From Candidatus Woesearchaeota archaeon (GTDB lineage: Archaea > Nanobdellota > Nanobdellia > Woesearchaeales > ARS49), in the NCBI GenBank assembly GCA_003599055.1, contig QZIM01000002.1, forward strand, positions 70,097 to 134,096: DNA of 64,000 bases, in the 5' to 3' direction. The translations under genes and the position numbers were made by a program. Positions within the stretch are counted from its first letter, which is position 1; each line of letters begins with the position of its first letter. Below, piece by piece: positions 35,554-43,597 of the stretch. The notes beneath the pieces were generated by a model. It ran no database searches. It saw only the letters and a list, made by a program, of their open reading frames with translations, and was not told the origin of the DNA.

Positions 35554-36471
35554 TCATTCTTCTGAAACATCCCTTACTATCGGCCCCAAATACAATCGCA
35601 GCCAGCTCAGGAACAGTATCACAAAAAGAATGTTGATTGCGGAGCCGAATTGTCCGGGTATAAGTCGAAATACGTTTTCTGCAATGACTGAGATGAGGAG
35701 GGCAAGGCTTGCGGGAACAAGGAGGAGGTAAAATTTGGAAAGCCCGTTTGCGATGCCGAGCGTGATGCTTTTTCCGATTTTTTGTTTTTCAATGAAAATG
35801 ACGTGGACCCAAAGGGAAAAGTACATTGCAACAACGCCAAGGGCGATGATGCTGAAGGTGAGGACTTCCGGGTTTTTTGAGAGTGCGGCGGCAAGGATGC
35901 CAAAGGGGATGAGCCAAAGGGCCCACCAGGCGAGGGTAAGTTTGAGGAAGGAGCGCGCAAATTTTTTGTTGTATGTTTTGCGGAAAATGACGGGCCAAAT
36001 GTATCCGCGGCTGATGCCGTTTGCGGTAACGCAAATGAGCCAGAATGCGAGAAGCCCGCCTCCGATGGACCAAAGGAGGGTTTGTGCGCCGGCAAGGTTT
36101 TGCGCGGCAAGCTCGGGGCTGAGCATTGCCTGCTGGGTGATGCTTGTTCCTGCGATGACGTTTTGTGAGACTTTGTTGAGTGCGAAAAGAATGCCGTATC
36201 CGCTGATGAGAAATGCTGCCCAGTAGGCAGCGTCTGCAAGTGCGGTGATGATGAGGTCTTTTCCGCGTGATGCGGCGTGAATTGCAGAGTCAAGTGTGCG
36301 TTTTCCGTATGCGCTTGGCGCGGATAGGAGGAGAATGCCTGCGGCAAGGAGGAGTTTTGATTCTGCTCCTGCAATGATGGAGAGTATTGCAATAACGAGC
36401 GTAACTGCTCCAATACCGCGCGTTGCAGTGAGATGCTGCTGCCAACCCCTCTTTTTCATGGAGTGTAACAC
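35554..36471 (-). CDS. polytopic membrane protein, hypothetical
   Basis: Eight or nine TM segments and no recognisable motif. Confidence 0.5.
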   Translation of the reverse strand: MLHSMKKRGWQQHLTATRGIGAVTLVIAILSIIAGAESKLLLAAGILLLSAPSAYGKRTLDSAIHAASRGKDLIITALADAAYWAAFLISGYGILFALNKVSQNVIAGTSITQQAMLSPELAAQNLAGAQTLLWSIGGGLLAFWLICVTANGISRGYIWPVIFRKTYNKKFARSFLKLTLAWWALWLIPFGILAAALSKNPEVLTFSIIALGVVAMYFSLWVHVIFIEKQKIGKSITLGIANGLSKFYLLLVPASLALLISVIAENVFRLIPGQFGSAINILFVILFLSWLRLYLGPIVRDVSEE

Positions 36472-36502
36472 TCAGAGGAGGTATAAGAAGGTTGCGCTAT
36501 GT

Positions 36503-36808
36503 TCAGTGTGCGGGAATTATTTTGAGCCCGTCTTTTTCTTCGATGAGGATGATTTCACTTTCTTTGGTGAGGCGGTATTTTGCCGCAAGAGCCTTTGGAA
36601 TGCGAAGGCCAAGGCTCGCGCCCCAAGATGACAATTTAACGTGATATTTCTTGAGCACGCGATATTTTTCTGCAAGCGCGTGGAGTTGGGTCATATTCAG
36701 GATTTCATTGCGGCAATTCTTGCAGCGGTAGTACGTATAGGGTATGCCGTCGGGCATAGTTCCTTCGGCAGGAGTCATTTCCTCTCCGCATTCCGTGCAT
36801 TTTTTCAT
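36503..36808 (-). CDS. zinc-ribbon plus AbrB/SpoVT-domain protein (antitoxin-like)
   Basis: N-terminal CTECGEEM...CKNC zinc ribbon fused to a swapped-hairpin AbrB segment (KLSSWGASLGLRIPKALAAKYRL...IILIEEKDGLKIIP). It lies 4 nt downstream of the DUF4258 gene. Confidence 0.55.
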   Translation of the reverse strand: MKKCTECGEEMTPAEGTMPDGIPYTYYRCKNCRNEILNMTQLHALAEKYRVLKKYHVKLSSWGASLGLRIPKALAAKYRLTKESEIILIEEKDGLKIIPAH

Positions 36809-36811
36809 CGT

Positions 36812-37042
36812 TTAGTTTTCTTCTTCGATTGTTACAATCGTGAGCGTTTCTCCTTTGATTCTGCCGACGCAAATTATTGTTCTTTTTGAGCCCTTCGCAA
36901 TGAATCTAACCACTTCTTTCCCTTGATGTTCAATGCGTCCTTTGTGGATGGTTTGTTCAATGAGGTCAGGGTCTATTCCGCGCGCAAATGCCTGCAGGAT
37001 GGCGTGCCGCGTTATCTCAATTTGATATCTTTTAATATTCAT
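36812..37042 (-). CDS. DUF4258 domain protein (toxin-like)
   Basis: MNIKRYQIEITRHAILQAFARGI fits the DUF4258 N-terminal consensus. It is paired with a small DNA-binding-type partner. Confidence 0.5.
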   Translation of the reverse strand: MNIKRYQIEITRHAILQAFARGIDPDLIEQTIHKGRIEHQGKEVVRFIAKGSKRTIICVGRIKGETLTIVTIEEEN

Positions 37043-37264
37043 ACATATCACGGAGTATATAATGATTTGCTTTTATTCGCTTTAAGAACTTGTCGTCGGA
37101 GAATCGGGAATTTTTCTGGTTTTTGTTGCTGAAGTATGTGTTCTGATTAATTAATAATTTCCATATTACAAATATATAATTTATACATTTTATAAGTTAT
37201 TTTCTTTACTCTCCCGTGGTGAAAATCATAACACTTATATAGTCCAAACTACATATAACGGGGT

Positions 37265-37591
37265 ATGAGCTTAGCAGACCTTATCAAAAAGACAATGCTC
37301 GCAGCAGGACTTGTTGCAGCAATGAGCGGGTGCTACTCTGCAGCAGACCATCAAAGAAGGTTAGATGAAATGAACGCCGCTCGAAGAAACGGCTACACGC
37401 TCAGCTCTGGCCGTGCCGCAGGCACTTCAACTTCTTACGCTGATGCAAACACGACTGGTGCTCAGACGCGCCAGAATGGCTTGCACTTTACCGGTTCTCA
37501 GGGCTATATGCCGCGTGAGGATGAGGATTTTTCTGAGCAGATGTCGACGACGGATTATCGCCGGTATGGCGGTCATCGTTTGGAAAAGTAG
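37265..37591 (+). CDS. small lipoprotein
   Basis: The signal peptide ends in the lipobox LVAAMSGC, and the mature part is polar and T/S/G-rich. Confidence 0.5.
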   Translation: MSLADLIKKTMLAAGLVAAMSGCYSAADHQRRLDEMNAARRNGYTLSSGRAAGTSTSYADANTTGAQTRQNGLHFTGSQGYMPREDEDFSEQMSTTDYRRYGGHRLEK

Positions 37592-37667
37592 TTTTTTCCT
37601 CTGAATTTCTTCACTGAGAACCACGAACTACAAAATACTAATTACTAACTACCAAAAACCAACCCGT

Positions 37668-40379
37668 TTATCCTGTTTGGTTTTGTGGTATGACGAGTGT
37701 TGTTGGCCCGCCGGTGTAGTCTGAGAATGGCACGCAGAGTTCTCGAACGGTCCCTGAATAGAACGCGTCTCCTGAGGGGAGTCCCGGATTAAACGTTAGG
37801 CAGGCAGTATCATATTCGTTGGTGCTTTGGTTGTAGAAGTGGTTGAAGTCCGTGTCTCCTGGGTCTAACAGTCTGTCTTGCGGGTACAGCCGTACGCTTG
37901 AAAGGGCGGGAAGCCCGTTGACGCGGGTGCGTACGGGCCGAACGTAGCGTCCGATTGCAGTGCTTTGGTTGAGGTCTTCGAGTGTTAACGGTCCAAGGGA
38001 TGTTCTGTTCATTTGCGCTTGGACGCTTGCTGCGGTTGCCGCCGCAAGCGCAAGTTGGGCGCTCGCGGAGGTTCTGCGTAGTTCAACGTTGAATCTCAGC
38101 TTGTCTGACTCTAAATTGTTCGTAATGCTGTACTGCACGTGGTACAATCGGAGCGTGAGCGGTCCGAGTATTGTAGGGTCGAATGTCGGGTCGGTTAAGT
38201 CTACTCTTCGTCCGCCGACAACGCTTTGGTTTCCGAGGATGTCAATGAGTTGTTGTGCGCTGAGTCCTGCAAGAAGGATTGGTTCTGACCGTTCTGCGTT
38301 GATAACTGCGCTGTTTTTGTATTCTGCTCTGCCGGTCCTGCCGATAAGCACGTTGTCTGCTTCAAATTTGTGGATTTGTCCGCAAATGGCAGAGACAAGG
38401 CAGTTGTCTATGCCGGCAAACCCGCAGAAGCTTTGCGCAAGCCGCGCCCTGTTTTCTTCAATGAAGTCTCCGATGAATAGTGAACTGAGTTGTGCAAACC
38501 CGCTGAACTGGTCGTAGTTTCGGAAGAAGTCCCCAACGAGCCGGTCCCAGCTTGCAAGGTCGTAGTATCCTCCCCAGCTCGCACGGCGGGTGTTCAGTTG
38601 GGTTGCGTCTGCTTGTTCTTTCAAGAGCGCGGCTTCCTCTTCGCTGATTCCCTGTCGCCGAAGGTATGCTTCTGCTTCAGCATCGCCGCCTACGATTACT
38701 TTCTCTCCATCCTCATTCACTCTAAAATAATCTCCGGCCTCATCAACACCCAAAACTATTTCTCCATTTCTCCTAATCTCCGTCGTTCTTGCCAGTTCGG
38801 TATACGTTGCGGGTTTGTTTTCAAGCGCTTTGATTTCGTCTTCTTTTTCTTTGATTGCTTCTCGGTCGGGAGGTCTTGCATTTCTGAGTCGGGTTAATTC
38901 TCCTTGTTCTCGTTCAACGACTTCATTGCGGGTGACGTGGTCGACGCTGATTTCTCCGATTGCGCGGGATTGGCCGGAGGGCAATTGCCTGCCTTGTGAA
39001 TCAGTGTCCGTGAAAATCGTGGTGCTTTCCCGCCGTGGGATTTGAACCGTGACTGCATTTGTACCTGTGCCTATTCTGCGCTCTTCATTGTAGGTGGTTC
39101 TTTCCTGATAAATGGTTTCTCCGCCGGGTCCTCCTTCTTCTATAACTGTGCGCTCCCTTCGTGCATAGACGTAGCCTGCATCGGACAAGATATCATCTGG
39201 AACCACGGGATAATCTATTGTTTTTTTAACGGTGTCGGTGAAGAAAAATCCTTTCTGCTGTCTTGTAAATTCTATACGGTAATGTTCATCGCCAACTTTA
39301 GAAAATCTTGCACCGTCAGGATCTGCTGCGAGGGCTGTTGCAAGGTCGTTCATAAATGAACGGGGCAGAGCATCTCCGATAAGGTCGCCTTTTTCAACAG
39401 ATTCGGAGGTTCCGTGGAAGTCAGTTATCTCTAAATCAGCAGTCTTATCAATGTGCAGGTTTCCCTCGTCGTCCACCCACGCAGTGAGGTCTTTTAGTTC
39501 TGTATCTCTTAGCAGAGTCTGTTCTGCTTCAGTGAGTGTGCGGCCAGGGGTACGTGCTTCTGTTGAAGAGGCAGCGCCTGATCCAGAATCTGCTTCAGGT
39601 CGGCCGGTCGCCACTTCGGATGGTGTTGCGGCGGGTTCAATTTCACCTCGAAGTGCTGTGCGTATATCTTCCTGATTGGCACTGCTATCTTGGCGTCTCT
39701 GTCCTCCAACATCTCTCCACGCGGTGATTATTCGGTTATTGCTGTCTATTCTGTACTCAGTAACGGTCCCGTCATCTTCAATATACAAGACGTTTCGATT
39801 TCCACTTGAGTCAGGAGGAGTCATAAAGACTTGTTTGTCTGCAAAAGACGATTGCTGATAGGTCGAGCCTTGATAGGTGACTCTGTCGTTTTGCGCAGTC
39901 GCTCCAGGTATTCGCTCACGGTATGTTCCGGCAATATCTCGTGAAGGAGGAGAGGGGTTTACGTTTGCAGGTATGTTTGTTGTTCCTATGCTGCTGATTC
40001 CTCCTGGGCTGAGCGTGTATGGTACTGTCACTGCTATGGACGGTCCAATTCTGCTTACTTTTTGAACAATATTAATTCCTTCTGGTGGGATTTGCTGTCC
40101 AACAAAAACTCCATTTGGGTCATAAACTCTTCCGTTGGACGCTACCCGGTAATCGGTCGTTGTTCCGTATCGGATTTCGGGATTGGCTGAGGAGGATATA
40201 AATAAGATTCTGTTGCGCTCAGCGATGTGCGTATTTTGATTGTAATTGTCAATTGCCTCTCGAGAGTGTATCAGTTGGTCTCCCTCCAGTCGCAAATCTA
40301 TTTGTTGGCCTGATACTCCTAGAATACAAATGCACAGTGAAAGAATGATTGCGCTCGTGCGTGATGTTTTCAAGGTCAT
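37668..40379 (-). CDS. giant secreted protein (903 aa)
   Basis: Start placed at the internal ATG (MTLKTSRTSAIILSLCICILGVSGQQ, a signal peptide), which overlaps the stop of the upstream 1073-aa gene (ATGA). Beta-rich with no catalytic motifs. Confidence 0.65.
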   Translation of the reverse strand: MTLKTSRTSAIILSLCICILGVSGQQIDLRLEGDQLIHSREAIDNYNQNTHIAERNRILFISSSANPEIRYGTTTDYRVASNGRVYDPNGVFVGQQIPPEGINIVQKVSRIGPSIAVTVPYTLSPGGISSIGTTNIPANVNPSPPSRDIAGTYRERIPGATAQNDRVTYQGSTYQQSSFADKQVFMTPPDSSGNRNVLYIEDDGTVTEYRIDSNNRIITAWRDVGGQRRQDSSANQEDIRTALRGEIEPAATPSEVATGRPEADSGSGAASSTEARTPGRTLTEAEQTLLRDTELKDLTAWVDDEGNLHIDKTADLEITDFHGTSESVEKGDLIGDALPRSFMNDLATALAADPDGARFSKVGDEHYRIEFTRQQKGFFFTDTVKKTIDYPVVPDDILSDAGYVYARRERTVIEEGGPGGETIYQERTTYNEERRIGTGTNAVTVQIPRRESTTIFTDTDSQGRQLPSGQSRAIGEISVDHVTRNEVVEREQGELTRLRNARPPDREAIKEKEDEIKALENKPATYTELARTTEIRRNGEIVLGVDEAGDYFRVNEDGEKVIVGGDAEAEAYLRRQGISEEEAALLKEQADATQLNTRRASWGGYYDLASWDRLVGDFFRNYDQFSGFAQLSSLFIGDFIEENRARLAQSFCGFAGIDNCLVSAICGQIHKFEADNVLIGRTGRAEYKNSAVINAERSEPILLAGLSAQQLIDILGNQSVVGGRRVDLTDPTFDPTILGPLTLRLYHVQYSITNNLESDKLRFNVELRRTSASAQLALAAATAASVQAQMNRTSLGPLTLEDLNQSTAIGRYVRPVRTRVNGLPALSSVRLYPQDRLLDPGDTDFNHFYNQSTNEYDTACLTFNPGLPSGDAFYSGTVRELCVPFSDYTGGPTTLVIPQNQTG

Positions 40380-43300
40380 CCTCCCTCTCCTCCTTCTGCC
40401 GCTTTTCGTTCTTTTTCTTGTTCTTCCATATCTTCTTGGATGTCTTCCATTCGTTTGCAGTATTGTCCGGGGACGGACTTGAATAAATTCTTGGTTCTTG
40501 CCATGCTGACGGTGCTGGTGACTGCTTCGGCAACAAGGGAGATTGTCCTGAAGACTGCGCAGGCGGTGAATGCAGGGCTGGTCTCGTAGATGCTGCACAT
40601 GGGCATGCAAAGGAGGGTGAGCCCGACTGTTACGACGGCGACGGGGTTTGACAATAGTTCAGTGAGCATTCCTGCAACTCTGTTTGCGAATTGTGCAAAG
40701 GGTATTGCGGCAAAGACTTGTCCGATGACGTATTGGCAGAGGTTGTATTGGTACATTTCTTGGCAATAACTGATGGGGTATCCGCGTTCTTTAACTTCGT
40801 CGTGCAGGCAGACTGCCTTAAAGCAGTTCACCTGGCGTAATTTTTCAACGTTATACACAATGCCGGGCAGGCACAGGCAGAACACGCTCCAAACGAGTGA
40901 GTCTTTGATGCTGGGCATTCCAAGGCCGAGGACTTCTGATGCTTTGGAGCAAAGGGGGTTTATTCCTCCGCTAAAGTAGGAGGTGAATGCTTGTCCGGAG
41001 GTTTGTTCTTGTTTTCCTGTTTCCGGGTCTATTTTGGCAACTTCTTGAGGGGTCGTGATGGGCTTTCCGTCATCACCAACTTTTCCGGTCGGGGTTTGCT
41101 GTTCTTCTGTAACACTTCCTTTAACCTCTCCTCCGCAGTTGATGAAGAAGCAGAAGAGTGAGAGTGCTTCTCCGATGGATTGGAATGTTCCTTGGGTTGC
41201 GGTGTTGGTTCCGCACAGTGCTGCGTTGACGCCTGCGACGCCTGCGGCGGCGGGGGCGCCGATGCCGGTGTTGAGAAGCCCGTCGCGCATCGTGCCAAGG
41301 GCGGCGTTAATGACGGTGAGGACATTGATGAGTGAGCTGACAATGCTTTTTACCCTGCACAGCAATTCAAAATAGTACAGTGCTTTGCGCAGTGTTCCGA
41401 GCCAGTCCGCGTTGGCAAGGGCGTCGCCCATTGCGCGCTCGATTTGCTTGTCAACTTCCGCGTACATATCTTCTTGGGGTTGGTTGTAGAATTCGGCAAG
41501 GTAGGGGACTTTGATGACTTGGGGTTGTGGTGAGATGACCCCGCCGCCGGGTATTGCCCGTTTGGTGAGGATGGTCATTGGGCAGGTGACATTTACGGAG
41601 TTGAGATAGTAGTTTTTGGCCTCAAGCTTGAAAACAACAAGCGGATTGCGGCTTCCTTCCTGCACGTTCGAGGTGTAGACGTCGCTCACAACGTTTTCAA
41701 GGTCGCCGATGCATTCGGATGGGTTTTCCGGCCCGCGGATGCGGTAGGGTTCGACGTCTCTGCGTGTGCTGGTTAATTCAACTGAGCAGCTCGCGTATGG
41801 CGGAATGAGGCTTGCGGTTGCGCGGTTAATGAGTTTGGGCGTGCACGTGACGCGCGGTATCCAGTATTGCCCGCGTGTTTCGTTGTCAAGCCCAAAGACT
41901 TCAAGCGCGGCTGAAGTGTTGGCGACATTGCCTGCATCATCAGTAAACACGAATGGTATTGTTGCAAGGTAGGGTCCTGACAGTTCGATTTTGCTTTCAA
42001 ACGTGCACTCAATTGCGGAAGTGTCATTCTCAGGGACGCCGCAAATGCCGGGGACGGTTTTGCCGCCGATTTCGCTAAAGTTCGCGTACGCGTCGGTGAA
42101 GTTTGCGCTCGAGACAACGTATTGTGCGAAGTTTCCGCGAACAGCTCCGGTAATGTTTGGGTTATCTTCGCCTTTGATAATGCGTGAGCTGATGATTCGC
42201 GGAGGCGCAGGCGGCGAGTCATCGTAAACAATCGGAACTGCAGTTTCTTTTCCTGCAGTGTTGTCAAGGTCGTCTGCGGAGCCGGAAAGGACGGTGACAG
42301 TGTACCCTCCTTCAGGGGTTCCTTTGGGCGGATTAAGGGTCCACGTGCAGCGCCAAATGCTTCCTTCAGAGGGCGCGCAGTATCCTGCCTGTACAAAGTT
42401 TGGAAGGCCAAGTTCGCTTAAGTCAAGTGCGGCAAGCCTGCGGTTGATGCCGATTCCTGCGCCGCCTGAATTATCTTTTTCGTCAAACTCAAGGGTCAGC
42501 GCGGTTCCTCTGCCAAGGAGCGGTATGTTGCTGCGGAACCGTTCGGAAACAACGCGGACAAACTGCGGGCCGACGTTGTCGCTTTTGACAGAACACGAGT
42601 AGTCTTTTGCCGCGGCATTCCCAAGCTTGTCTTTTGCCGTGACGGTGATTTTGCAGATGCTTGGCTCGACAACGGGGACGTTTTGCCAGATGGCAATGTT
42701 TCCTGCAACCCGGTCGGGTGTTCGAAGCCCGCTAAGGGACGGGGCAATGGAGGACAGGTCTGCTTTTATCTCTTTGGAATCAACGCCGATTTCATCGATA
42801 ATTTCAACGGTGACGGTGGCAATGGTATCCTGTCCTTTGCGGATGTGGGTGAGCCGAACGCCCTTGCTATCAACAATGCTTGGCTCGCGGATGTCAGGAG
42901 GGGTGGAATCAATGATGATTTGTTGGCAGGAGGGCAAGCTTTCCTGGTTGACAAAGTCAGTGGCGTATGCGCAAAGGCCGCCGCTTTCCGTGAGGCGTAC
43001 GGGAATTTGGCGGTCTTTTGAGCAGATGCCGGGCTGTCCTGTTTCTTCAAGGACGGGTTTTCCATTGAGGGTGAGCGTGATTTTTTTGATTCCGCTGCAG
43101 TCTTGGGGTTGCCCGTGTGTTAAGCCGTAATCGTGTGCGGAGAGGCGGACCGCAACTTCGCCCGTGCTGTGGATGGGTGTGACATTGTAGGCGACGATTT
43201 GCGGGGGCAGCCCGTCGATGCGCAGGTTTTTGGTTTCGGACTTGACGATTTTGTCATCGTCGTTTCGCAGTTCGAGGCGGAACGTGAGCGGCTCGTACGC

Positions 43301-43597
43301 TTCAAAGCTGTCATCGGTAAATGTGCAGCGGTAATTGTTGGCATCGCCCGCCATTCGCGTGCAGTTGTCAAAGAAGGCAAAGGCGTCGCCGTAGTAAATG
43401 CGCACTTGTTCGGGTGAGATGATTGTTTCGCCGGGGATTGCGGCGATTCCTTCGGCGATGAGGGTGTCTTTGACGCGCGCGTTGCCTGATGAGCGGTCGC
43501 GTCCGGAAACGGTAATGCTGAGTTCCTGTGCAAAGGCAACCGGCATTGTCATAAGGAGGGCTGCCAAAAACACTGCGACGAATTGCAATTTTTTCAT
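40376..43597 (-). CDS. giant surface protein (1073 aa) with C-terminal Cys-rich membrane-embedded domain and acidic tail
   Basis: Signal peptide MKKLQFVAVFLAALLMTMPVAFAQE. The C-terminal 330 aa have several hydrophobic segments and more than 20 Cys, then a cytoplasmic EDMEEQEKERK tail. The start overlaps the stop of the upstream pilin-like gene. Confidence 0.75.
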   Translation of the reverse strand: MKKLQFVAVFLAALLMTMPVAFAQELSITVSGRDRSSGNARVKDTLIAEGIAAIPGETIISPEQVRIYYGDAFAFFDNCTRMAGDANNYRCTFTDDSFEAYEPLTFRLELRNDDDKIVKSETKNLRIDGLPPQIVAYNVTPIHSTGEVAVRLSAHDYGLTHGQPQDCSGIKKITLTLNGKPVLEETGQPGICSKDRQIPVRLTESGGLCAYATDFVNQESLPSCQQIIIDSTPPDIREPSIVDSKGVRLTHIRKGQDTIATVTVEIIDEIGVDSKEIKADLSSIAPSLSGLRTPDRVAGNIAIWQNVPVVEPSICKITVTAKDKLGNAAAKDYSCSVKSDNVGPQFVRVVSERFRSNIPLLGRGTALTLEFDEKDNSGGAGIGINRRLAALDLSELGLPNFVQAGYCAPSEGSIWRCTWTLNPPKGTPEGGYTVTVLSGSADDLDNTAGKETAVPIVYDDSPPAPPRIISSRIIKGEDNPNITGAVRGNFAQYVVSSANFTDAYANFSEIGGKTVPGICGVPENDTSAIECTFESKIELSGPYLATIPFVFTDDAGNVANTSAALEVFGLDNETRGQYWIPRVTCTPKLINRATASLIPPYASCSVELTSTRRDVEPYRIRGPENPSECIGDLENVVSDVYTSNVQEGSRNPLVVFKLEAKNYYLNSVNVTCPMTILTKRAIPGGGVISPQPQVIKVPYLAEFYNQPQEDMYAEVDKQIERAMGDALANADWLGTLRKALYYFELLCRVKSIVSSLINVLTVINAALGTMRDGLLNTGIGAPAAAGVAGVNAALCGTNTATQGTFQSIGEALSLFCFFINCGGEVKGSVTEEQQTPTGKVGDDGKPITTPQEVAKIDPETGKQEQTSGQAFTSYFSGGINPLCSKASEVLGLGMPSIKDSLVWSVFCLCLPGIVYNVEKLRQVNCFKAVCLHDEVKERGYPISYCQEMYQYNLCQYVIGQVFAAIPFAQFANRVAGMLTELLSNPVAVVTVGLTLLCMPMCSIYETSPAFTACAVFRTISLVAEAVTSTVSMARTKNLFKSVPGQYCKRMEDIQEDMEEQEKERKAAEGGEGG

